A DNA stretch of 64,000 bases from Synechococcus sp. (GTDB taxonomy: Bacteria > Cyanobacteriota > Cyanobacteriia > PCC-6307 > Cyanobiaceae): NCBI GenBank assembly GCA_047285535.1, contig JBJBDC010000001.1:2112136-2176135 (forward strand), given 5' to 3'. The notes beneath the pieces were generated by a model. The model saw only the letters and a program-made list of their open reading frames with translations. It searched no databases and had not been told where the DNA came from. Positions 46,284-56,934 of the stretch are shown in pieces (the first letter of the stretch is position 1; every line of letters begins with the position of its first letter). A program made the position numbers and the translations under genes.

Positions 46284-46775
46284 TCACATCAATTCGAGAA
46301 CAGGCTCAAGACCATGCAAACGTGGATGAACTGCCGATTTTGAGGTCACTTGATAAAGCTTGGGAATTTCAGAGCTGTTGTACACACGGAACTCTCTCTC
46401 GACACAGACATTTGGACTTCGCTTCGCTTGATTAATAACAACAGAGCCATCAGAATCAGACACAGACCGATGAAATGTCCCTCGAGGAATATTCAGAATG
46501 TCGCCCCCACTCGTCAAACGTACAATATGATAAGGATGGTCCCAAGTAAAATTGACTAAATAAAAAGTTCTTCCCCCATGAACCGCGAGAAGATTATCAT
46601 CCTGATTAGGATGTAGGTAAAATTGCCATGCTCCACTCTCTCTATCATTCGGTGGACTCACAGCAGGCCCTGAGTGAATCACAAGATCGCGAGCATTGGA
46701 AGCGGGAATGGTGACATCAAAGAAACGAACGGAGGGTGTATCTCGAAAGCGTGTGTACGGAATGAGCTCGAACAT
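46284..46775 (-). CDS. Cupin-fold hypothetical protein
   Basis: HPNQDDNL and IPRGTFHRS cupin-like motifs; downstream of moaA. Confidence 0.75.
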   Translation of the reverse strand: MFELIPYTRFRDTPSVRFFDVTIPASNARDLVIHSGPAVSPPNDRESGAWQFYLHPNQDDNLLAVHGGRTFYLVNFTWDHPYHIVRLTSGGDILNIPRGTFHRSVSDSDGSVVINQAKRSPNVCVEREFRVYNSSEIPKLYQVTSKSAVHPRLHGLEPVLELM

Positions 46776-46847
46776 CTTGACCAGAATCCAGTCATCAGCA
46801 ACTGATATTTAATTCTGAAATCTCTCACAATCCGTAGCAAATGCCAC

Positions 46848-47894
46848 TCATCCACCAAGATAGGCCATTTCGGCATGCTGATGAGCTAATTGCTTTGTTC
46901 CGCGCTCCTCGCTGAAACGATCCGAACGGTCACGCCACAACTGAATCAGCACTTTTTCAAGCACGGAGTCGGAGACATTCTGATTCAGCCAATGGCGAAG
47001 ATCGATACCTTCACTTGCAAACAAACAGGTAAAGGCCTGGCCATCGGCTGTGATTCTCAACCGATTGCAATCCGAGCAGAATGGCTCAGTAATGGATGCA
47101 ATAGTGCCAATGTTTCCCCCTCCATCTTGATAGATCCATTGCCGACTCGTTCCACCAGCGGGGCGATCACAAGGTTGAAGCGGCCAGTGGAGGTTAAGGA
47201 GCTGAATCATCTCATTGACGGGCATGACTTGATCGCGACTCCAGCCGTTACGATTGCCCACATCCATGTATTCAATCAAACGCAACTCAATCCGTTGCTG
47301 ACGGGCCAGATGCGCCAAAGGAATCAGTTGATCGTCATTTCTTCCACGCTGGATCACGGCATTCAGCTTCAGGCCACCTTTAGCAGGGTCAAACCCAGCG
47401 GCTCGAGCAGCATCAATACCTGACAACACGCGCTGAAATAAATCAATCCCAGCTCCTTCACGAAGACCTGCCATCCGCGCAATGCTGTCGGCATCTACAG
47501 CATCCAAGCTGATCGTGATGCGATCAACTCCAGACGCTCTCAACCTTCGAGCTTTCTCATCATCAAGCAGAGAGCCATTGGTGGTGATTGCAAGATCTTT
47601 GAGCTTGGAAAAGGAACTTTCAAGGTTCTTCCTGCCGGAGGAGAGCGCGTCTAGAAGTGGCCAAAGCCGATCGGACAGTAGAGGCTCACCGCCGGTTAAT
47701 CGAAGAGTATGTGCTCCTAATCGGCAGGCAGCATGGATCAACCGCAGCTGATCTCGAGTCGATAACAAACCCCGCGGCTCGATACTTTCCGGACAGCAAT
47801 AAGGACAGGCCAAGTTGCATCGTGCTGTAAGAGAAAGTCTCAAAACCCCAAGAGACCTGCCAAGACGATCGCTAACCGGTGGTGGCTCCATCAT
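46848..47894 (-). CDS. moaA: GTP 3',8-cyclase
   Basis: CNLACPYC, TGGEP, FCSDCNRLR, C-terminal GG. Confidence 0.95.
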   Translation of the reverse strand: MMEPPPVSDRLGRSLGVLRLSLTARCNLACPYCCPESIEPRGLLSTRDQLRLIHAACRLGAHTLRLTGGEPLLSDRLWPLLDALSSGRKNLESSFSKLKDLAITTNGSLLDDEKARRLRASGVDRITISLDAVDADSIARMAGLREGAGIDLFQRVLSGIDAARAAGFDPAKGGLKLNAVIQRGRNDDQLIPLAHLARQQRIELRLIEYMDVGNRNGWSRDQVMPVNEMIQLLNLHWPLQPCDRPAGGTSRQWIYQDGGGNIGTIASITEPFCSDCNRLRITADGQAFTCLFASEGIDLRHWLNQNVSDSVLEKVLIQLWRDRSDRFSEERGTKQLAHQHAEMAYLGG

Positions 47895-48514
47895 TCCCCA
47901 AGCTCGACGAGATCGGCAGGCCAATTGGCATTGCGTAAACATCCCTCGGGAAATTCAAGCGTCCGGTATGGCACTTTTTCAAGCCAATCATGCATGCTCC
48001 TGTGATCGGCAGCCAACTGCACTAACAGGGTGTCACGATAGAAAGGATCATTGGGATAGATAGCAAACAAAGGCTGAAGCCTTATCCCATCATGTGAAAC
48101 CAACGCCAAGGAAGGTTGCTCCTGCCACGCGCCAATCAACATTAAAAGAGTTTCAGACTCCAACCAGGGCATATCGACAGGCAACACCATCAAACCCATG
48201 GCCTTCACCTGACCAAGAACCGCCACCATTGCAGCAAGAGGACCCATACCAGGTCGAGGATCGAAACGGCAATCAACGCCTTCCAAGGTTTTCGCCAGCC
48301 GGTGATGCATTGGGTTCGCACTAACGACATCAACAGGAAGCCCTATCTGAATACATAAATTAATACTATGTGTTAACCAACATCCTCCTTGAGGATGGGA
48401 AAGGAATGCTTTATCACGCCCCATTCGACGACTAGAACCTCCACAAAGCAAACAGGCACGAAGCCCGTGAACTGCGGACAAATCATTATTTGATTCAACA
48501 ATATTTGAAGTCAT
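47891..48514 (-). CDS. mobA: Molybdenum cofactor guanylyltransferase
   Basis: GGSSRRMGRDKA, GPLAA, PVDMP, QPLFAIY. Confidence 0.9.
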   Translation of the reverse strand: MTSNIVESNNDLSAVHGLRACLLCGGSSRRMGRDKAFLSHPQGGCWLTHSINLCIQIGLPVDVVSANPMHHRLAKTLEGVDCRFDPRPGMGPLAAMVAVLGQVKAMGLMVLPVDMPWLESETLLMLIGAWQEQPSLALVSHDGIRLQPLFAIYPNDPFYRDTLLVQLAADHRSMHDWLEKVPYRTLEFPEGCLRNANWPADLVELGE

Positions 48515-48530
48515 AGCTCACCGCATAACT

Positions 48531-48619
48531 GTAGCCAATGCAACCATAAAACGAGAATTCTAGACGAAGTATTTTTAATGGCGAAGCTGACCTTGTGGCA
48601 ATTCGGTATCAGAAGCAAC
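48531..48619. promoter_or_regulatory. Two NtcA-like boxes between mobA and nrtP
   Basis: GTAGCCAATGCAAC (48531-44) and GTATCAGAAGCAAC (48606-19), both GTA-N8-AAC. Confidence 0.6.
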
Positions 48620-48734
48620 AGGGGAGGCATTCATCAGATGCTGTACTTAGTTGTGGTTTGCATTTGCGCCGCAGCTTGAATCCTGAGCGCATATTTTGAG
48701 AAGCCGGGGTTTACTCACACACATTATTAACCCC

Positions 48735-50294
48735 ATGCTTGGAGAACTCTGGTCTTTCAAGGGGAGATATCGAACGCTTCATCTCACCTGGTTCGCTTTT
48801 TTTCTAACCTTTGTTGTTTGGTTCAACCTGGCTCCGCTGGCTACCACGGTCAAGGCCGATTTGGGCTTGACTGTTGGACAGATACGCACAGTGGCCATTT
48901 GCAATGTGGCACTCACGATTCCAGCACGTGTGCTGATCGGAATGCTCCTCGATAAATTTGGGCCCCGATTGACCTATTCCACACTGCTGGTGTTTTCGGT
49001 CATTCCTTGCCTGCTTTTTGCCTCTGCTCAAGACTTCAATCAATTGGTTGTTGCACGCCTGCTGCTATCCATCGTTGGTGCAGGATTTGTGATTGGGATC
49101 CGGATGGTGGCCGAGTGGTTCCCACCTAAAGAGATCGGTCTTGCTGAAGGGATCTATGGGGGTTGGGGAAATTTTGGATCAGCATTTTCTGCTTTAACTC
49201 TTGTCGGATTAGCTGGTTGGCTCTCCTTTTCAGGCGGCTTCGAACTCCCCTCCGGCGCCGTGATCAATTGGCGTGGTGCCATCGCCCTGACAGGAATTAT
49301 CTCTGCTATCTACGGCATCTTCTATTACTTCAATGTAACTGATACACCGCCAGGAAAGGTTTATCAAAGGCCTACTCGCACAGCGGGCCTGGAAGTCACA
49401 TCGATGCGGGATTTTTGGGGATTACTGGGCATGAACGTGCCGTTTGCCGCCATTCTCTGTGTGCTCTGCTGGCGACTGCAAAAAGTTGGTTTCCTCAATG
49501 CTGGCACCTATCCAGTCGCCCTCGGTGCAGTATTGATCTGGTTCCTTTTTCAAACTTGGGGAATTATTCGCACTAATCGAGAGCTGATCATGGGTACGAA
49601 GTCATACCCTAAAGAAGATCGCTACGAGTTCAAACAAGTTGCCATTCTTGAACTCACCTACATAGTGAATTTTGGATCAGAATTGGCGGTCGTATCGATG
49701 TTGCCGACCTTTTTCGAAACAACGTTTGATCTTCCAAAAGCCACCGCTGGAATCCTGGCATCTTGCTTCGCTTTCGTAAATTTAATAGCACGTCCTGCAG
49801 GCGGATTAATTTCCGACAAGCTCGGTAGCCGTAAAAACACCATGGGGTTTTTAACAGCAGGCTTGGGAATTGGCTATCTAGTCATGAGCATGATCAAGCC
49901 GGGCACTTTCACAGGGACTACAGGCATTGTGATCGCTGTTTTGATCACCATGCTTGCCTCCTTTTTCGTTCAGTCAGGAGAAGGTGCAACTTTCGCCCTG
50001 GTTCCATTAGTGAAGCGGCGCGTCACAGGCCAAGTCGCAGGCTTAGTGGGTGCTTACGGCAACGTTGGAGCGGTAACATACCTCACCATCTTTAGCCTTC
50101 TCCCTATGTGGATGGGTGGAGGGAAGGATCCTTCAGCAGAGGTAATCGCAGCTTCTAATAGCGCTTTCTTCCAAGTACTTGGAATTGCGGGCCTCATTGT
50201 TGCTTTTTTCTGTTTCTTTTTCCTCAAAGAACCCCAAGGATCCTTCGCTGAACTCCACGAAGGAGAAACCACAATCCCTTCACTCGTCAATTAA
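48735..50294 (+). CDS. nrtP: NarK/NNP-family nitrate/nitrite permease
   Basis: GGWGNFG nitrate signature, FGSELAVVSMLP, GAYGNVG; upstream of narB. Confidence 0.95.
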   Translation: MLGELWSFKGRYRTLHLTWFAFFLTFVVWFNLAPLATTVKADLGLTVGQIRTVAICNVALTIPARVLIGMLLDKFGPRLTYSTLLVFSVIPCLLFASAQDFNQLVVARLLLSIVGAGFVIGIRMVAEWFPPKEIGLAEGIYGGWGNFGSAFSALTLVGLAGWLSFSGGFELPSGAVINWRGAIALTGIISAIYGIFYYFNVTDTPPGKVYQRPTRTAGLEVTSMRDFWGLLGMNVPFAAILCVLCWRLQKVGFLNAGTYPVALGAVLIWFLFQTWGIIRTNRELIMGTKSYPKEDRYEFKQVAILELTYIVNFGSELAVVSMLPTFFETTFDLPKATAGILASCFAFVNLIARPAGGLISDKLGSRKNTMGFLTAGLGIGYLVMSMIKPGTFTGTTGIVIAVLITMLASFFVQSGEGATFALVPLVKRRVTGQVAGLVGAYGNVGAVTYLTIFSLLPMWMGGGKDPSAEVIAASNSAFFQVLGIAGLIVAFFCFFFLKEPQGSFAELHEGETTIPSLVN

Positions 50295-50376
50295 CGATTC
50301 AAGGAACCTTCTTTTAAGAACATCACACCCGAAGCTGTTGGCGTTGGGTGTGATGTATCACGACTACAACAATGTC

Positions 50377-52605
50377 ATGGCAGAGCAAACGTCAAGTATT
50401 CGTAGTCAATGCCCTTACTGTGGGGTGGGATGCGGTTTGGACTTACGACCACCAGCACAGAAAGGAGAAGCTGTTCGTCGTGATGCTGAAGGAACTCCCA
50501 TGTGGAGTGCAAGAGGTGATCGGCTCCATCCATCGAGCCTTGGCCAGGTTTGTATCAAAGGAGCCACCGTCGGAGAAACTCTGTCACGTGGTCGACTGGA
50601 GCAACCACTTGGTCGAACCAGTCTTGACGAGGGTTTTCAGCCCATTAGCTGGGACGAAGCTCTGGAACGAATCGCCTGCCAAATCAAAACGAGCCTGCAA
50701 TCCAAGGGGCCGGACTCAATCGCCATGTATGGATCCGGACAATTTCACACCGAGGATTATTACATCGCTCAAAAACTCCTGAAAGGAGCATTAGGAACGA
50801 ACAATTTCGACGCTAATTCAAGACTCTGCATGAGTTCTGCGGTTGCTGGCTATACCCGCAGCTTGGGCTCAGACGGCCCCCCCTGTTGTTACGAAGATCT
50901 TGACCACTGCACTGTGGCTTTTCTCATCGGAACCAACACTGCTGAATGTCATCCAGTGCTATTTCAACGTTTACTGAAGCGAAAAAAAAAGCACCCTGGC
51001 AGCATCACCATCGTGGTTGTGGATCCACGCCAAACAGACACTGCCAAGGCAGCAGACATTCATCTACGGGTTACTCCTGGCAGTGACCTCGCCCTTCTTC
51101 ACGGCATTGCACATCTGGTAATGCGGGAGAACGGACAGGATTCCGTCTTTATTGATGAATGCACAAACAACTACGACTCCTTCTTCGATGTCGTTGCCCG
51201 TTGGACGCCTAGACGGGTGGCCTTATTTTGCGGAATTCCCGAAAAACATCTACGTGAAGTCGCACAACTCTTTCATCGCAGGGAGAGAGTATTGAGTCTG
51301 TGGTCAATGGGAGTGAATCAACGGCGAGAAGGTACAGCCGTTGTTGGTGGCATCATCAACTTACACTTACTCACAGGCCAAATCGGCAAAAAGGGCACAG
51401 GACCATTTTCACTCACTGGACAACCGAATGCCATGGGTGGCAGAGAAGCCGGCGGTCTCTCCCATCTCCTTCCTGGATACCGTCAAGTCACCAACCCGGA
51501 TCATCGCGCCGAAGTCGAAGACATCTGGAAGGTTCCGACTGGAAACATCTCAGCCAAGCCAGGACTAACCGCCTGGCAACAAGTTGAGGCGATGGAACGC
51601 GGAGAGCTGGATCTGTGGTGGGTGGCTGCGACCAACCCTCTCGTGAGCATGCCAGACCTGGAACGCTTGAAAGCCGCCATCAAGCACTGCCCTTTGGTCG
51701 TGGTCAGCGAGGCCTATGCAGACTCGGAAACTTCTCATTACGCCCATCTCCTGCTCCCCGCTGCTCAATGGAGTGAAAAAGCAGGAACCATGACAAATTC
51801 AGAAAGACGGGTGACCTATTGCCCAGCGTTCAGAAATCTCCATCGAGAAAGCCGTCCTGACTGGGAGGTCTTTGCAGACATTGGACGGCGCCTCGGCTTT
51901 CATCAACAGTTCACGTATCAGTCCTCAGCTGAGGTGTATGCCGAATACACGGCACTCACGGAAAACCGACTGTGTGATGTCTCAGGATTGAGTCATGAAT
52001 TGTTGGCCAAAGAAGGACCTCAACAATGGCCATTTCCTCAAAACAGCCCACCATCTGAAGGGTCAAAACGGCTTTACACCAATCAGCTCTTTCTTACAGC
52101 CAATGGCAGAGCTCACTTCTGTACCGACCAGCCACTTGGTTTGGCAGAACAACCCTGCGACACGTATCCACTTATTCTCACAGTCGGTCGATATCTAGGA
52201 CAATGGCACACAATGACACGCACAGCAAAGGTGCAGCGACTAACAGCAATGCACCCCGAACCACTGCTCGAGATTCATCCTAAGGATGCAGATCAATTTG
52301 CGATTAAACATGGAGAACTCGCAGGAGTCAGCTCACGTCGAGGACATCTAACTGCTCGTGCGAAGGTTACTGACCACATCCGAAAAGGCACAGTATTTTT
52401 ACCTATGCACTGGGGATTTACCCAAGCTCAAGCCTGTGAGGTGAATTCTCTGATGCATGATCAGGCTTGCCCGATCTCAAAACAACCAGAGCTGAAGGCT
52501 AGTGCGGTCATCGTGGCCCCAGCGGCTTCGATGATCAAACCAATCAAACAGGAAGGAAGACTCTTGGAAGGCATGCGCCGATTCATGACCCCATCACTTC
52601 GCTGA
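50377..52605 (+). CDS. narB: Ferredoxin-nitrate reductase
   Basis: CPYCGVGCG, SRLCMSSA, TGQPNAMGGRE, WHTMTRT, SKQPELK. Confidence 0.97.
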   Translation: MAEQTSSIRSQCPYCGVGCGLDLRPPAQKGEAVRRDAEGTPMWSARGDRLHPSSLGQVCIKGATVGETLSRGRLEQPLGRTSLDEGFQPISWDEALERIACQIKTSLQSKGPDSIAMYGSGQFHTEDYYIAQKLLKGALGTNNFDANSRLCMSSAVAGYTRSLGSDGPPCCYEDLDHCTVAFLIGTNTAECHPVLFQRLLKRKKKHPGSITIVVVDPRQTDTAKAADIHLRVTPGSDLALLHGIAHLVMRENGQDSVFIDECTNNYDSFFDVVARWTPRRVALFCGIPEKHLREVAQLFHRRERVLSLWSMGVNQRREGTAVVGGIINLHLLTGQIGKKGTGPFSLTGQPNAMGGREAGGLSHLLPGYRQVTNPDHRAEVEDIWKVPTGNISAKPGLTAWQQVEAMERGELDLWWVAATNPLVSMPDLERLKAAIKHCPLVVVSEAYADSETSHYAHLLLPAAQWSEKAGTMTNSERRVTYCPAFRNLHRESRPDWEVFADIGRRLGFHQQFTYQSSAEVYAEYTALTENRLCDVSGLSHELLAKEGPQQWPFPQNSPPSEGSKRLYTNQLFLTANGRAHFCTDQPLGLAEQPCDTYPLILTVGRYLGQWHTMTRTAKVQRLTAMHPEPLLEIHPKDADQFAIKHGELAGVSSRRGHLTARAKVTDHIRKGTVFLPMHWGFTQAQACEVNSLMHDQACPISKQPELKASAVIVAPAASMIKPIKQEGRLLEGMRRFMTPSLR

Positions 52606-53041
52606 ACGCAGCATCCAAGTTGTGATGATCGTGGCCCGGACGAGCCAATTTGCACAAGGCAAAGCGCTCAATTTCCCATAAATCAGCCCATTGACCAACA
52701 CTGATCGAGATCGATCGATTCAAAGCCGCTTGCTGCACAACGTCTGGGACCATGACCACAATCTGCCAAGGCTCGTCCACAGCAGTAGGCAAATCTTTCA
52801 CCATCCCTTCAGCCGTGAACTGGGTGAACATTCTCAAGTGCTCGCGCAAACCATTCAACTCAGGCAAGTGATCAGGCCAATCGACCAGAGCTTGACGCTG
52901 CTCCCGAGTGAACTCCAACCAATGACTTAATTTTAGCTTGACTCCAATGAGATCTAGCTTCCGACGCACACACAGAGGAATGCAACGCCAGTTCCCCACA
53001 AAATCCATCTCAAAGTGAAAGCAATGACTTGCCTGATTCAT
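52583..53041 (-). CDS. narM: Nitrate reductase-associated protein
   Basis: CIPLCVRRKLDLIGVKLKLSHW, RFALCKLARPGH. Confidence 0.88.
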   Translation of the reverse strand: MNQASHCFHFEMDFVGNWRCIPLCVRRKLDLIGVKLKLSHWLEFTREQRQALVDWPDHLPELNGLREHLRMFTQFTAEGMVKDLPTAVDEPWQIVVMVPDVVQQAALNRSISISVGQWADLWEIERFALCKLARPGHDHHNLDAAFSEVMGS

Positions 53042-53352
53042 GCATTCAACAATTGATATTGTTCATTCTGAACCCTTCGACGATTTTGATGATTAAACGG
53101 TTTCAATCGCAACCTCGAGCAACAACAAGAGAAGAGAGCATTTAAATCTATTGGGAAATTTCAAGTGCGTTTCGCCGTTTCACTAGGTCTTCTTCTTGGT
53201 TCCATTCATGGTTGGCATACCAGCGAAGCGAATGCGTATTCATCGGCTCCCTATGGCTTGATGAATGTGAATTATCCTGGAGCTTTGGCACCATTGCGTA
53301 GCGATTCACTCAGCACGTTTCCATAGTGAGAGTCTGATACTTCCATTAGGAC

Positions 53353-53682
53353 ATGTCCTCTGGCGCCGTCTCTACGACAAATCGCAGCCAAATTGCAGTG
53401 GCTACAGGCTTTCTAGGAGCCTTCATTGTGGGTTCACTCGCAGTACAAATGATTCGCATCCAAGGTGGAGTTGTAATCAACAGCACAAGCGCCAGCACCA
53501 GAGCAAAAGTCGAACCGGTGGTCGCGTCTCCAGCCACCCTCTGGGCAGAGCTGGGATCCAGTAGCGATTTTATTGATCAACCATCAGCTTCATCAGCTGT
53601 TTCCAACCCGGCAGCCAAAGCCAATGTGAAGCCTGTCGTGGGCTCTGAAGCCACTCTTTGGTCCGACTTTGGCACCCGCTGA
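53353..53682 (+). CDS. Membrane-anchored hypothetical protein with duplicated C-terminal motif
   Basis: One TM segment, then [14 protein letters not shown] and [14 protein letters not shown]. Confidence 0.75.
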   Translation: MSSGAVSTTNRSQIAVATGFLGAFIVGSLAVQMIRIQGGVVINSTSASTRAKVEPVVASPATLWAELGSSSDFIDQPSASSAVSNPAAKANVKPVVGSEATLWSDFGTR

Positions 53683-53684
53683 TC

Positions 53685-54161
53685 ATGGGGCAAGGGTTCA
53701 CTCACCTCAACACTTCAGGCGAAGTACACATGGTTGATGTGGGTGATCGACCTCCCACTCGACGTGAAGCCAAGGCACAAGGCTTCCTGCAAATGCAGCC
53801 AGCAACCCTGGAAATGATCCGTTCCGGTAATACCCCAAAAGGCGATCTACTAGCCGTTGCCAGAGTCGCTGCCATTCAAGCCGCGAAAAGGACCTGGGAG
53901 CTGATTCCCCTCTGCCACTCCATTCCACTCAGTGGTGTTGGAGTGACGATTGAAGAGGATTCATCACTACCTGGACTCGTCATGTGTTGCCAATGCAGCA
54001 CAACCAGCAATACAGGCGTAGAAATGGAGTCAATGACAGCTGTCTCGATCGGCTTGCTCACGCTTTACGACATGCTCAAATCCATCGATCCAGGAATGAC
54101 AGTGGGTCAGATCTCACTGACACACAAGGAGGGAGGCCGCAACGGTGTCTGGTCCCGTTGA
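53685..54161 (+). CDS. moaC: Cyclic pyranopterin monophosphate synthase
   Basis: HMVDV, LIPLCH, TGVEME, YDMLK. Confidence 0.95.
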   Translation: MGQGFTHLNTSGEVHMVDVGDRPPTRREAKAQGFLQMQPATLEMIRSGNTPKGDLLAVARVAAIQAAKRTWELIPLCHSIPLSGVGVTIEEDSSLPGLVMCCQCSTTSNTGVEMESMTAVSIGLLTLYDMLKSIDPGMTVGQISLTHKEGGRNGVWSR

Positions 54162-55404
54162 ACCCTACGGGCGAGAAGGGTTACCCCTCCCAGAAGCAAG
54201 ACAGCGACTTTTAAGGGAGATCAGTCCGATCAATGAAACAACAACCGTCGCTCTTGATAAAGGGCTTGGGCGAGTCAGTGCTCAGTCAGTCCACGCTCTT
54301 GCCTCGATCCCAGGGTTTCAAGCCTCGATCATGGATGGCTATGCATTAGGCCAACACCATCAACCAACTGTCGGTAACCACTGGACGCTTCAAGGTCGGT
54401 CAGCACCTGGCTCTCCATTTGATCAGGACTTAAATGCTGGGGAAGCAGTTCGAATTTTGACCGGAGCACCCCTTCCCAAAGGAGCCGGTTGGGTATTACC
54501 GCAAGAAATTGTAGAAGTCAGAGGGAATAGGCTGTCGTTGATGGTTGAAGCCTCTGACCAACCCTGGATAAGAGCCGAAGACGAAGAATGTAGAGCCGGG
54601 GATCAGTTACTCAGCGGGGGCCAACGCCTAACACCTTCCCACCTTGGACGCTTGGCCAGTTGCGGGGTATCCACACTTCAAGTGCACCGCAAACCTCGAA
54701 TTGGACTTCTTATCTCTGGTGATGAGCTCGTGCCAGCCGGAGTAGAGCGACCATCAGGAACCATATGGGAGAGCAATAGCACCCTCCTTGAGATGATCTT
54801 TCATCAGATCAACCAAGGGGTGTATGCACATCGCGTTGTTCCCGATCAACCAGAAATCTTGCGGCAGGCCTTAGAGGAACTCAGCAATGAATGTGATCTT
54901 GTCGTCAGCACGGGGGGGATTTCGGCGGGGGACAGTGACTGGATCCGAGCCCTTGTGAACGAAATAGGGCGCGTGACTTTCTGGAAACTCTTTCTAAAAC
55001 CTGGGCGCCCCTTCGCCTTCGGGCAACTGAAAAGCAAAGGAGGCGAGATTCCTTTTTTTGGTCTACCTGGCAACCCTGTTGCCGCAGCAATCACTGCACT
55101 ACAGCTCCTGTGGCCAGCCTTGCAAATTTTGGAAGGTCAGCTGGAGCCGGAATTATTTCCTCGCCTGAAGGTCACCCTTGCCAATTCCCTACCTCGCCGA
55201 CCAGGGCGACCTGAATTAGCCCGAGCTCGTCTGGAGGTCAATCCACAAGGAGAGCTCATGGCACGGGTGAGCGAATCGCAAGCCTCGTCCCGCATTGGCT
55301 CACTAGTCAACACTGATCTACTACTGGAGATTCCCGAAAACGCCGAACGGTTGGAGGCAGGTACGAGTCTTTGGTCACAACTGATTCGAACCCAACTTCT
55401 CTGA
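54145..55404 (+). CDS. moeA: Molybdopterin molybdotransferase
   Basis: MDGYA, ILTGAP, SGDEL, KPGRP, GLPGNP. Confidence 0.95.
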   Translation: MSGPVEPYGREGLPLPEARQRLLREISPINETTTVALDKGLGRVSAQSVHALASIPGFQASIMDGYALGQHHQPTVGNHWTLQGRSAPGSPFDQDLNAGEAVRILTGAPLPKGAGWVLPQEIVEVRGNRLSLMVEASDQPWIRAEDEECRAGDQLLSGGQRLTPSHLGRLASCGVSTLQVHRKPRIGLLISGDELVPAGVERPSGTIWESNSTLLEMIFHQINQGVYAHRVVPDQPEILRQALEELSNECDLVVSTGGISAGDSDWIRALVNEIGRVTFWKLFLKPGRPFAFGQLKSKGGEIPFFGLPGNPVAAAITALQLLWPALQILEGQLEPELFPRLKVTLANSLPRRPGRPELARARLEVNPQGELMARVSESQASSRIGSLVNTDLLLEIPENAERLEAGTSLWSQLIRTQLL

Positions 55405-55412
55405 CCATCAGT

Positions 55413-55850
55413 TCAAAGCAGCGAATTTTCGCTGATCCAAGTCCCTTGGCCATCCCTCCACTCCCTTTTCCAGAAGGGAGCCTGATGCTTGAGAGCCTCA
55501 AGTAAAGCAGCACAACAACGTTGAGCTGGGCCACGACGATCCGCCTCGACAGCCACAAGCACGATCGGCTCAGCAGGCAACAAGCGGCCAACCCGATGCA
55601 GCACAAGTGCTGCACTCGCTCCGTGAACCATTAAGAGCCGTTGCGCATCCCTACGAATCATCTCTTCGCACATTCCTGGATAATGTGTGAGTTCAAGCGC
55701 TTCAAGACGACGTCCATCGTGCGCAACATCACGCACGCGACCAAGAAAAGTAGCCGAGGCAGCAGTAACTGACGACCAAGCAGCCAAGTGAACCCAAGGA
55801 TCAAAGGGTTGAGTGTGCAGTTGAATCATGATCTTCTGTGGGCATCTCAT
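55413..55850 (-). CDS. moaE: Molybdopterin synthase catalytic subunit
   Basis: FLGRVR, HYPGM, HRVGRL, LKHQAPFWKRE. Confidence 0.93.
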   Translation of the reverse strand: MRCPQKIMIQLHTQPFDPWVHLAAWSSVTAASATFLGRVRDVAHDGRRLEALELTHYPGMCEEMIRRDAQRLLMVHGASAALVLHRVGRLLPAEPIVLVAVEADRRGPAQRCCAALLEALKHQAPFWKREWRDGQGTWISENSLL

Positions 55851-55854
55851 CCCT

Positions 55855-56109
55855 TCAACCCCCTGTAAATGGTGGAAGAAATGCGACTTCATCCCCGGTA
55901 TGAACAGGCGTAAGAGAATTCACCAACTGCTGATTCACCGCAACTTGCACTGTCAAAGGTCGAGGTCCAAGCTTCAATAAATTCCAAATATCCTCAGCGG
56001 TGACGACATCGCTCTCGGGGAGAGTGATGCATTGCTCCTGCCAGCCAGCTTGATCTCGAAGAGAAGCAAACAACAACACCTGAAGAGTTCTCTCCTGGGA
56101 TTTCGTCAT
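55855..56109 (-). CDS. moaD: Molybdopterin synthase sulfur carrier
   Basis: LFASLRD, AVNQ, EVAFLPPFTGG C-terminus. Confidence 0.93.
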   Translation of the reverse strand: MTKSQERTLQVLLFASLRDQAGWQEQCITLPESDVVTAEDIWNLLKLGPRPLTVQVAVNQQLVNSLTPVHTGDEVAFLPPFTGG

Positions 56110-56159
56110 AAAGAAAATCTGCAAGTGCTGTTTCGTTTTAGCGTTAGATCCCTCGCACG

Positions 56160-56669
56160 ATGCTTGAGCTGGCCCTCTCGATTGCTCTTCTCACAATCTC
56201 TGACCGTCGAACCAGAGAGACTGACACTAGCGGGGATGCGCTGGAACTACGCCTTACTGCTGCTGGCCATCAACTTGCCGATCGAAGAATCTGCCGTGAT
56301 GATCGCTATCAAATCCGATCCGAACTGAGTCAGTGGATTGTCAATCCAACCATTGATGTGGTGATCACTAGCGGCGGCACAGGACTCACAGGCCGAGACG
56401 GTACCCCTGAAGCGGTCCTTCCCTTACTGGACAAAACGATTGATGGCTTCGGAGAACTGTTCCGTGTTCTCTCTTTCGAAAGCATTGGCACCAGCTCGCT
56501 GCAAAGTCGATGCCTCGCTGGCGTAGCCAACGGCACCATCGTCTTTGTTTTACCTGGGTCTCTAAATGCTGTTCAAACGGCTTGGGACCGAATTATTGCC
56601 AGCCAACTGGACACTGAAACCAGTCCTTGCAACCTTGTACAACTGCTACCTCGATTGCGCGAAGTGTGA
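56160..56669 (+). CDS. moaB: Molybdenum cofactor biosynthesis protein B
   Basis: TISD, SGGTGLTGRDGTPEA, FGELFR, LPGS, PCN. Confidence 0.93.
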   Translation: MLELALSIALLTISDRRTRETDTSGDALELRLTAAGHQLADRRICRDDRYQIRSELSQWIVNPTIDVVITSGGTGLTGRDGTPEAVLPLLDKTIDGFGELFRVLSFESIGTSSLQSRCLAGVANGTIVFVLPGSLNAVQTAWDRIIASQLDTETSPCNLVQLLPRLREV

Positions 56670-56934
56670 TGAGATCCACCGATGGACCTGTTTAGGCAGA
56701 CAAAAGACCTCGAGGACGTTGACTCTTTAACCCATTCGTACCGCTCTACCGTGAGGTGATCGAAAGGCATCCCCACTCAGTTTGTTGTTCAAAGCCGTCA
56801 GTCCTGTTTCCATTTCCCATCGGCAGAAGTCCCTGCAGACCGGGATGTTGGCGCGGAAATCGAGTGATCACTGAACTATGGATAAAGACCACTTGAAGTG
56901 GTCTACATCGGGTTTAGCAGCACTTTGGCAGGCG

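Noticed and set aside
56795..56905. Yfr2-like sRNA (GGAAATGGAAACA on the minus strand) and nearby AGACCACTT/AAGTGGTCT hairpin
   Set aside because: Only a partial motif match and no Yfr2 5' signature; the hairpin may simply end the cobA transcript
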